NCBI RefSeq assembly: GCF_037042905.1
Contig: NC_087245.1
Coordinates: 12,588,001-12,652,000 of the forward strand
Reading direction: 5' to 3'
Length of the DNA stretch: 64,000 nt
DNA from: Lytechinus pictus
Lineage: Eukaryota
Position 1 is the first letter of the stretch; every line of letters starts with the position of its first letter. Position numbers and translations under genes: made by a program. This document shows positions 27,681 to 39,200 of this stretch, one piece after another. A model generated the notes under the pieces. The model saw only the letters and a list, made by a program, of their open reading frames with translations, was not told where the DNA came from and did no database searches.

Positions 27681-27872
27681 TGATTGGTGGTGATTTTTTT
27701 ACCTGATTGCTAAGAAAGCATGAATGCTTGTAAGCAAGAAACCAGAGGACCGACGGCTTAAGGTCCTCTCCGAAGGACCTGGTACTAAGCGCACTAGCGC
27801 ACCAAGTGGGAATCGAACCCGGGCGACCAAAATACGAACCCCCCGCTCTACCGACTGAGCTATCGTGCCTCC
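27681..27872 (-). mobile_element. tRNA-derived SINE (family B), internally deleted
   Basis: Minus-strand head GGAGGCACGATAGCTCAGTCGGTAGAGC...GGTTCGATTCCC; closely matches 40971-41186 except for a ~20-bp deletion. Confidence 0.85.
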
Positions 27873-29344
27873 TAATTATTCTCTATACAAATACAATTAT
27901 AATTCAATTTATTCTCTGTAGTATTAATATCTGAAAACGTATATTTTAAAACTATGTAGTTATAACATACAGTCAATGAGAGACCACACAAAGTTCACTC
28001 CCCTTTTAAGTTATTGCCATTTTCAATAGAAGAAGTGTCACTTTTCCTTGCCATTTCTAACTTCGCTTCTGTCTCGAAAAGAACAGAAAGTAAAAAAGAA
28101 AAGAAAAAGAAAACAAGTGGAAGGCATTTGCAATAGAGAACGGGGTGCTTCCCGGGTATGCAAACATGTCACTGATTTCTAACGAAGCCACTGGGGGCCG
28201 TAGGATCAATGGACTTACGGAGAAATGAAGGTCACAGACCAGAAAGTGGCATAAAAAAATTATAATCTTAGAAAATTGTGTTTATTGCATCATGATTTTG
28301 TTGGTGAAATATATAGAAGAGAATGGCATTTTATTTTTCATTCTTTGGGCAAATTACCATGATTACCCCCACTGATTTCCTGCCACGCAATAAAACCATC
28401 GTCTCGACTCTCGATGTTCTGTTTCCATAGCAATAATTGTAGTAACTTGGCTCTCGCAGTTTTCAAAAGTATATGATAACCTATAAGTTCCCTTCAAAAT
28501 TGCCAATCGTCTTCATCGAGAAAGATAATCTTGCAATCAACTCGGAGACGCGAGGCCAGAGGAAGACAATTAAAGTCCTCCATGGTACCATGGAGAGTAA
28601 GCAGAATTTGTTCCGGGGGGTATAAACATTTTTTATGAAACTCGAAAGCAAGGGAGCGAAGTGACCGAGCTTGCCATTAGGGCGCTTTTGCATTTTCTAG
28701 AATGAAAATGAAGAATTTTGTTACCAATTATGGTTAGTTTTGTGAATATTTTTTTTTTTTTGGGGGGGGGTAGCTGCCCCTCTGCCCCCATCGCTTCGTA
28801 CTTCACTAAAAAAAACTGGGAGCGAGCAAAAATTAATTTTGTAACTTTAGTCTAATTTTGTAATTTTAGTCTAATTTTGTAACAGATTTTTACACAATAT
28901 CTAAATATTTTATATCAATATGTTACAAAATTAGATTAGAAATTGACCCTTTTTCTTCCATGGCCCCTTTGCCCCATATTTGCACTCGGACAGCGGGTAT
29001 AGTCCTTAAGACTACAGTCTTATGTACAGGTTCGCTTTATTGGAAAACGAGACCAAGTACTACGGCGTACATGTATACGAGATCAATACGAGCGCGAAGC
29101 GCGAGCTGATTTTTTTATTGACCAGAAAATATCCCATTTTTATAATTTTTTGTCGGTTTTCAGGTTTATTTCCCTTTTTATACACTCTTTTGAATTTAAT
29201 TCTCATTTCTTTTACATCATAAATCGGGATGAAGAATACTGACGAAAAAAGAAGTGACATTTGAAAGGGTGGATAAACGGGGTACGTACATCCCAAGCGC
29301 TTGGTTGTGGGGAGGGGCAAATTTTGATAAGCTAATATCATGTA

Positions 29345-29561
29345 CAGGAGCGGGTCCAGGATTTTCCAAAAGGGGAGGGGGGCACATTTTCCCGAGGAAA
29401 AATTTGACAGGCAAAAAAATAAGAAAAAAAGGTCCTCACTTTTAAAGGGGGCACAGTTGTATTTTAACGGCATTTTTACACCACAAAAATTAATTGTGAC
29501 CCTCAAAGGGGGGGGGGGGGCACGAACCGGCTAAGCCCCCCCCCCCGTGGATCCGCCAGTG
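29345..29561. mobile_element. hAT-type MITE with 8-bp TSD
   Basis: CAGGAGCGGGTCCA...TGGATCCGCCAGTG flanked by ATCATGTA at 29337-29344 and 29562-29569. Confidence 0.85.
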
Positions 29562-31000
29562 ATCATGTATATTAAAAACCATTAACATGTTATTCTATTT
29601 CATCCTGGGTTTTCTTCTATATCTATCTGCTTCCAATGATATCCAAAAGGAATGGTTTCATTCAATAACAAGGGTCCTACATAAGTAAATTCAGAGAGAA
29701 TATATTGGTCATCATGCGTATATACGACAATCAATGTTACCATTGGTAACACACGCCATTCCCCCACCTGAAACGTGGAGTTATCTCCCACACCCTCACC
29801 CCCACCCCGTGATCGATACCCAATAATGAGTCCTAAGGGAATCGCTACCATCACGATAATCATCATTATTATTATCACTATATCATACTTGTCATAATTA
29901 TGATTCATTGTATTAAAAAAATGATGTTTGACCTTTGGGGGATGATAACACAGGCCATCCCTCACCTGAAATATGGGGGGGGGGGGATATATACCCCCAT
30001 CCCCCCGGGATCGACACCCATGCTCGATTGTATTACATTTTGTTTATGTTTCGAGCAGTCCATTTTATATCATGATTTCATTGCCTATTCGCATTTTCCC
30101 CAATTCACAAACACCGTTCGAACATATTTCACTGAAACAATTATTACTCCACGTGCTTTAAAATCACGATCACGTTTAATCCATTGTCCATGATCCATTC
30201 CCATAATGGTCAAAATCTTGTTTGTGAAGACAATATAAGCGTACATGCAGACATTACAATCAACATAGAAGGAAATCAAAAAGCCATCATTGTTGCTCCT
30301 GATGTGGACTGAGTTGAGATATGGATATATAGTATGGAAGTAAGTAAGTAGTGAGTGACTGAGTAAGTAAGTGAGTAATATGTAAGTAAGTAATTAAGAT
30401 AGATCGTAAGTAATTAAGTAAATGAAATATCAAAAGAAAGTAAATAACTAACAAAGTAAATAAATGGATGAATAAATTTTATACAAACTATAGTTTCGCA
30501 GATAGCTATAATGACTATCCAGGTGCCCAAACTCATGAGATGTCGGGGTTTTTTTTGTGTGTGACCCATAATCTTTTTATTGGGGTCAATGGAGGCTGAA
30601 CCGTTCTTTATTCCCGTAGGAATTGCCCCAGCCCTGAGAAGTGAGGGCGCCAGTAGGCCCTTTATTCATTTCCCTTTTAAATCCGCCCTCTATTACGGGT
30701 TTTTTTTGCCCACCAATTAAAGGACACTCATTACGGCACATGACCCCATGCAGGCCCTGTTACTTGTGACATTCACTTTTCGGACATTTATACCTAAACC
30801 TGAAAATCAAGTCCACCTCGACAGGACCACAAAAAGTGAAGGTTGATTTCAATAAAAAGAGCAAATAACGGATAAGGAAATTAATTATGACATTTAAAAA
30901 ATGTTACTCTACACAACACAGTGATATAATTTCGACTCTCTCTCTCTTTACTTCTTTTGTATTTTATTGAAACATACATTAAAATTGTGCACACAATATG

Positions 31001-32324
31001 CAGGGGCGGATCCAGCTTTCGCCAATAGGGGGGGGGGGGGAGGGGCGCCCGGAAATTTTTTTCACCCAAATTTTCCCCGGCGACCGCTCAAAGTTGATTT
31101 TTTTTTTCTTTGAAGGGGTATAGTCCTAACAGTCACTTCTTAGCTGTATTCCTCTCTAAGAACATACAGTAAATATATATATAATAATCTCATAAGCCTT
31201 ATTTAACTAATGCGAGCTAAAATTCTCGTAAATTTCATTTATTTTGTCCTGAAAATTGAACATTCTGAGTAACGTTTGTGATCCTAAACAAGATGCGTAT
31301 ATAACTAAATAAATATTGCGAGCGCGAAGCGCGAGCAGAAAGTTTTGATATACGTTTTTGCCTGATCGAAAGGGACCTGTTATGACTGTTTGCAGATAGC
31401 CATGAAGACGATACATATTTGAATCATAATGCGAACGCGAAGCGCGAGCTGAAAATTTTTGACATTCCGACCTAAAAAATGGACATTCTAAGCACTTTTT
31501 GTAATCATGAACAAGGTAGGTATATAACTAAACAATGCGAGCGTGAAGTGCGAGCGGAAAAAAATTGAGATTTAGACCTAAAAACGGGACACTCTATTCT
31601 TGTTTTGTAAACCATGAAGATGGGTAATTGAGTATCTTCCTACATTAATAACAGGGGCCGCGGAACCGGGGGGGGGGGGGGCTGGGGGGGCTTCAGCCCC
31701 CACTTTTTTCCAAAACCGTAAAAATGACCATATGATTGTGATTTTTAGCATGGTCAGCCCCCCACTTTTGGCTCAGCCCCCCCCCCCACTTTGAAAACTG
31801 TTCCGCGGCCCCTGAATAATGCGAGCGCGAATCGCGAGCAGAAACTTTTTAATATTTTGATCTGAAAAAAAACGGTCAATTCAAGCACTACTTCAAGCAC
31901 TGAAAAAGAAAATTGTAAAGTGGATATGAATCGCACTTAATAAATGATGCGAGCGCAAAGCGCGAGCTGATATTTTTAAAAATTATTTAACCTAGGACCG
32001 GGACATTCTAAGGACATTTTGTCATCATATGAAAATGATCATCATCTTCCTATTCCTCTTCCTAAGCACGAGATAAAACTTGTCGATATTCCTTTCTGAA
32101 AAAGGGACAATTTAATTGTTAGGAATTCATGAAAATTTCATTATCTTATTTATTAGTCTAATAAGCCCAATGAGAGCGAGAAATTTCTTGATATCAAAGC
32201 CTGAACTTGAAAATAGGATATTTTTTATCACTTTTGTAACTACGAATAGGATGCATTTGATAGTATATTTTTAACAATTAATGCCAGGGGCGGGCCCCTC
32301 GGCCTCCCCCTGGATCCGCCTATA
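31001..32324 (+). mobile_element. hAT-like non-autonomous element with GCGAGCGCGAAGCGCGAGC subrepeats
   Basis: CAGGGGCGGATCCAG...CTGGATCCGCCTATA, with AATATG directly repeated on both flanks. Confidence 0.75.
31652..31814. mobile_element. Nested MITE with perfect 15-bp TIR and 5-bp TSD
   Basis: CAGGGGCCGCGGAAC...GTTCCGCGGCCCCTG flanked by AATAA on both sides; absent from the homologous position of the 15-kb copy. Confidence 0.85.
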
Positions 32325-33241
32325 AATATGGAAGCATCTTTATGAATCACACTCACAGCAATCACACCTTCATACAACAATAAAACTATACTCACCGAGT
32401 ATGAGAATTATCATCATGACAGAAATGTAATAGTGAACATGATTATGTGAGCTAGCTTGTGCATGGATGGCGTCTTCGCTTCCTCATGCATGCCATACAA
32501 AGTGAAACTTGAAAACGTCCCTGAACGTCATAACTTTTGTATTAATTTTACTCGCAATTTTTATGAAATTTATGTTATATCCCGGGGTAGAGATTGTAGC
32601 ATATACATTAGATTCGCTTCTAACAGTGGGCAGGATATTAGTGTAGTGATTAAAGTTTGATTTTTTTCGGGACGGATCGACTCCCCTGAGGATAAGAGAC
32701 AAAAATGCAGTTTTCATGGCGATTGCGTAATTTCTTGTCTAGTAATATCGAGAACATTGTTGTATGTGAAATAAAGGATGATGTCATACAATACGTAGAC
32801 CCACCAGTGAGATCCACCAGTCATGCTACCGTGAATGCAGGGCTGGGAATTACGTAATTTCTATTTTCATACCAAAGTCATATCCATGGGCAAGGTGATA
32901 CGGTTTTTATGATATTATTCCAGAAGGGGATTCTGAAATGATTTTACAATAAAAAATATTTAAAGAACATAATATATTGCAAAATTGAAGTTAAATGAAT
33001 GTTCAGAATTTGTCATGGTGAAAATATGTGACTGTACCTCTGCACTTAATGATTTCGCGCTCGAATATTCCGAGTTACTCCTCGAAATGTCAACATAAAC
33101 AACAGGCAATGGAAAAGGAATCTTGCGAAAAAAACAATGGATTGCTAAATTTGATCACAATATCCACCTATTTCTGCGCCGAGTGGGACAGTAATAGTTG
33201 AACGAGTGCATATAGTGGAAGTTCAAGCTCAATTATTGAAA

Positions 33242-36200
33242 ATGAATGAAAATATAGCCCTAGAAGTGAGATTTGGAGGAGAAACGCAAATTTACAGCCC
33301 TGCTTACAAAACATCATGGCAGGATCTTCTCGCAATGGTGAGCAACTCAATTGACTTTTTACATGTAAACTGTGTTAGAACTAAATGTCTGGATACACAG
33401 CTGCGTGGTATGGTAGTGGATCGTATTACTGAACACTTTTCATGAATTCAATCATATCAAACACATTATCCTCCTAAAATTCACCAAACTTTCACTATAA
33501 ATACACAATTACCTACAAAATATAAATATGTAAAAATTTTGCCGAAATCGTTTTTCCTTTTTACGATTGAGCTTCCAATCGGACCCCTCTTCGCATGTGA
33601 AATATTTTGGTCACTTGAAAAAGGTATCGTATGGTACCAAACGTATGTTTTCTATGGGAAAAGTTGAGAAAACAACAAAATCACGGATGAGCTTTTTTGA
33701 CCATATTTTATTATTTTTAGAATATTAAGACAGTTTGAAAATGTGTTTTGTACCACTTTTCATCTTCTTTCTATTCAAGTTCTCTTTGGAAGGATGTTGC
33801 AAAATTTTTAGCGTATGAAATGATTTTCTGATGCGTATGATGCGCGCGTTCAGTAATACAAGGCCGGTCGGTAATACAATTTGTTTTTACTTGCACGCTG
33901 TAAGCAATTTTTTATTGAATGATGTACATACACTTGCACGCTGCACTTCACCAGTACGATAATACACCAGACGGTGGACTGTACTGTTTCCAGAAGAAGA
34001 AGACAATCACTCACTATACTACTAGTAAAATAAACGTTATCTAGAATAGATGTAGATCTATATCCGAGGCGAGAGATAAAAATAATATCAGATTGTCAAA
34101 TTTCATTTAAAAAAATAAAATAAAATATTTTAAAGATAAATGAAATCAGAATACCACCCCTGAACTTATTATATTAAATCTAAGTTAAGTAGGCTGACCA
34201 CTACTTAAACTGCAAATGTGTACTAGCATGACTAGGTAGGACAAAAATAAACACTCAACACTCAGACAACAGCATTTCTAATTCTACTAAAATTAAAAAA
34301 GCATTACCTTAATATATTCTTTATTATTTAGCATTATTATCACAGACATTGCTCAAAACTTACCTCAAAATTTCCTAAATAGTGAAAAATAAGGCTTAAT
34401 TTACTTCATAAAATGTGCCTGGGATTTCTGGAAATGCATGTATCAATCAGTTCATCCCTATCTGCCTATGTAGGCTTTACTGTGGGCTAGTGGCTAAAAT
34501 AGGCATTTTAAAGTCTTTATGCTGACTTAGACTGTATGAGCCTCTGTGAGGAGCCGTGGAAACATGTCACATTGATAGATAATCAACTTGGCTGCCAGAA
34601 AATGTGAAGATGTTGCTAGTTTGACTAGATCTACTTTGTTCTCTCAAAATATAGAAAGAAAATTTGAGGCCATTTCACCTTTTGACTTTTTGGACACATG
34701 TCTACAGCACAAATCTAGTGCGATGGCATTGCCTACCCTAGATACGATTTTTTATTTTATTTGCGATAAATTTTATCTGGCATTTGAAAGTCTAACTATT
34801 AAGGTTCTAACGTTAAGAAAGATGATACACGTCAGCACTCAATCAATGAACAAGGTTTTGATATGCAGGCGATTTGTAGTGTAATAGCCAGGAGGGTTCC
34901 TAGAGATGAAGTCATTCACTAATGTACTTAATCTCCACGGAGCCAGGGATTGCCCCAATATCCTCTTCCTCCGTTAGCTTTGGACTCCGAGATCAGCAGA
35001 GAGATCCTGCACATGTAGTACATGTAATGTATTGTAAGATTGGTCAGTCAGAGAAGGTAATTGTATTCAGCAGAGAGGACTAGGACTCGAGTGAAGATGA
35101 CCTTAACATGGATTTTCAGCAAGAAATTGAGGGCAAGCATCGTAAAAGATTTCACAGTGTCTGCAGGGAGGTCTTGGTTTGGGAGGAGAATTAGCAGGGA
35201 GACTGACACTCATTCCCAAATCAGGCAGCATCTTGTTGACATTCGATGTTAAAGTGACTCGCTGAGAATGTAGATGGCTACAAGAGGAGATGAAGCGAAG
35301 GGTGTTTTCATCATCATCTTTGCATAGCAGGCAGGATCTCTACACACACCTCGCCAGGAGGCTCCTAGAGAGTAAAAGTCATTCACTGACGTGTGCTTAC
35401 TCTCCATGGAGCCAGGGATTGTGCCCCTATCCTGTGCGTATACCGCGGTCAAACTTGAAATTTTCAGCCCCGAGATTTCTAATTTCCCTGTAAAAGATCT
35501 GTTGTGTAGCCCTAAATCATGTAAATGGGTTAGAACTTCATTTCCAACATTTATACAATATTGCTTACATTTTAAACAAATATTAATAAAAAAAAACAAA
35601 GGTATTTTGAGAATACGGGAAAAAACTTGCCGATGTTTACGTGGCCATCTTGTTTTCTTTGTTAGTAGCGTACATGTAGCTACGAGATGAATATAGAGGC
35701 GGCAGATGTCTGCTGCTGGCTCTGTGAAGAGTAAGCACACGTTAGTGAATGATTATTGCTTTCTAGGAGCCTCCTGGCTACGCACACCGTAGTTATTTTT
35801 ACAATTAAGAGTTCTTGCCCTCAGTTATGTAAATGGGCTACAACTTCATCTCCCCCTTAGACACTAATGATTGTATATTTTTTTTTAATGAAAATTAATT
35901 GTTAAATTAAGAAAAAGATCATAAGAAGATGAGCAGTTACTCACGGATGTTATAGTCGCCATCTTGTCGTCTTTGTTATTGTAGCCTATCTACGACATGC
36001 GTATAGTAGGCGGCAACATCATGAGCGATGCTAGATAAAAAATGTGCGCATTGGCCGATAAATATCACATGTGAATCTCACCTCGATGATAAAATATCCC
36101 GCATGCTAGACCAGTTAAAGCGGGATTTAGCATCGAGGTGAGATTCATGATATTTATTGGCCAATGGCATGCACACATTTTTTATTGAATAATCATAGCA

Positions 36201-39200
36201 CTCTCATTTTATGCCATTCACTGTATATTATTATTACATTGGTGTTCTCTTTAACTGACCAAATTGACCAAGGGCCTTCTCCTCTTTCACAGGTCATACT
36301 TTATGTACTGAAGATTCATTGGATGTTCATGATAACTTATACCCATTAACAGTTTCTTGAAGTCCTTTCCTTTAAGCTTCATGGTTGTTTAAAGTGATCT
36401 ACATGTATAGTTAACAGTTAACTCACATACTCATGCTGTATTGTTTATATTTCTTGCAGCTCAAGTGTTCTTTTGATTTGGAAGATGTCTTTGCAACCTA
36501 CATTGATGATGAGGAAGATGAGGTACTTTGTAAAGATGACATTATTTTCTTGACAGTGGTTGTAGTTTGTTTCTAACTTTGGTGGCCATATTCTTTCTTC
36601 AAAGTTGTAAAAGTGGATGAATTAAAATAAATGATACAGTGGAATGATCTTCAATTAGAAATGCCATCTACAGAGTAAATCCATGGTTGCTTTCACTACT
36701 TTTCAGTATTATTCACTTTGAGTGAACAATCAGTAAAAGATGACCAAATTCACCATTGTTCATCTGCTTTAGTAGCATACAATTTCTACCGGTAAATAGA
36801 GAGAACATGCTCAATGAACAGAACTGACTAATAAAACTATAGTAACCCCTTTTTTATTCCTACATGTACATACACTGTACATTTGTGACTGGATCTTTCC
36901 ATTTGAATTTTTCATTCAGCTTGGGATAGAATGTATTACATCAATGACTGAATTGAATTACATTAATATATTCTAACATAATTTGTCAAGTGGGATTTGT
37001 TATAGTTGAGGTAAATGTATTATGTGTAGTGTACAAGTGTAGAAGAAATTGAAGAATGTTGAGTCATGCCCTCATTTGCACATGACTAATATATTCAATA
37101 TTTTCATTTTTTGTTCATCACCAACTTGTATTTTAACCTTCATTTTTGTCTCACCTGCATAGCAGAGTGAGACTATAGGCGCCGCTTTTCCGACGGCGAC
37201 GGCGACGGCGGCGGCGGCGGTGGCGGCGACGGCGGCGGCGGCGGCGACGGCGACGGCGACGGCGGCGTCAACACCAAATCTTAACCTGAGGTTAAGTTTT
37301 TGAAATGACAGCATAACTTAGAAAGTACATGGACCTAGTTCATGAAACTTGGCCATAAGGTTAATCAAGTATTACTGAACATCCTGCCTGAGTTTCATGT
37401 CACATGACTAAGGTCAAAGGTCATTTAGGGTCAATGAACTTAGACCATGTTGGGGGAATCAACATCAAAATCTTAACCTAAGGTTAAGTTTTTGAAATGT
37501 CATCATAACTTAGAAAATATATGGACCTAGTTCATGAAACTTATACATAAGGTTAATCAAGTATCACTGAACATCCTGCATGAGTTTCACGTCACATGAC
37601 CAAGGTCAAAGGTCATTTAGGGTCAATGAACTTTGGCCGAATTGGGGGTATCTGTTGAATTACCATCATAACTTTGAAAGTTTATGGATCTGATTCATGA
37701 AACTTGGACATAATAGTAATCAAGTATTACTGAACATCCTGTGCAAGTTTCAGGTCACATGATCAAGGTCAAAGGTCATTTAGGGTCAATGAACTTTGGC
37801 CAAATTGGGGTATTTGTTGAATTACAGCCATAAATTTGAAAGTGTGTTGGTCTAGTTCATAAAACTTGGACATAATAGTAATCAAGTATCACTGAACATC
37901 CTGTGCGAGTTTCAGGTCACATGATCAAGGTCAAAGGTCATGTAAGGTCAAAGAACTTTGGCCACGTTGGGGGTATTTTTTGAATTGCCATCATATCTCT
38001 ATAAGTGTATTGGTCTAGTTCATAAAACGTGGAAATAAGAGTAACCAAGTATCACTGAACATCTTGTGCGAGTTATAGTAGTTTTCAAAATCAGCACTGC
38101 TGCTATATTGAATCGCGTGATGCAGGTGAGACGGCCAGAGGCATTCCACTTGTTTGTCTATGGCATTAATTTCTAACCTTTGATCTTGTTATCTTTTTTT
38201 TTTTTATTATGTACAGATTGCCGTAGACACTGAAGGTAAGTGAATTATCAGTTGATGATATGATGAATTGCTTCTTCTGAATAAAAAACATATTTTGTTT
38301 TGTTTTGATATCCATTGTGATTATTTTATTTTAGTACTTTGTAAATTTTTAAGAAAAAAATATTTAAGTTATATGCTTTGCTTTAGAAAAAAATTGCTTT
38401 GGCATGTTGTCATCTGAACCTTAATTAATGTATGTTTGTGTATAAAAAAAAGTTTTAACTCAGTTTGCTTCCTGTACTATGGGAATCATGTTAAGGTGAC
38501 ACTTTCTGTTTCTAATAGTACCTGATTTGATATAAGACTGTATTAGGACTGAGTCATGTTGATAATCTCCCTGTCCAGATTCTTATACTATTCAGTAACT
38601 AATATTCTGATGTACATGTATGGATGTGGGGAACTTTCCCATAAGATTGGCAATATGATTGATGGAAGTGGAATCTCCTTGATTGTAAAGGAATTACAAT
38701 GAAGTAAGTAGTCCTGATCAAATAAGTGCAAAAAAAAAGTTTCTGAGTAAGGTTTATTAGTATCAAAGATAGTATATTTCGACAGGGCTGCACATAATGT
38801 AATGTAAGTACATGTACATCCTTGATAATATAACCATCCTACTTCCTTTATCCCAACAGAAGAATATGACCAGGCCAAAGCATTGGCTTCCAAGTGTCAG
38901 AACGTGCTTCGTCTTAGAGTCTACCCCAAAGACAAGAGACCCAGCTTGGACTCCGTTCCAAAGAAAAACACAAGTCCTCCTGAGGTAAGGTTTAGGTGTA
39001 CATACATAAATATTGTGATATGACAGAGTTCTCAATGTAAATTAGAATTTTCCACTTGCATTGGACTGATAAACATGTGTGGAACTACATACTGGTACCA
39101 ATTAACCATGATTGTACTGTCCAAACTTAACCAATTGTAACGGTACTGGGAAGTGTTTATAAAGCTATATTTGTAAGTAACACATGCCTGGTGGTCCTTT

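Noticed and set aside
27000..33241. Head-to-head BRCA1 neighbour as in mammals
   Set aside because: No RING-like or other minus-strand coding exons were found upstream of NBR1; the interval is mostly repeats.
35249..35740. 163-aa minus-strand ORF in NBR1 intron 1
   Set aside because: It lies within a repeat mosaic, has a non-ATG start, and shows no domain or splice context.
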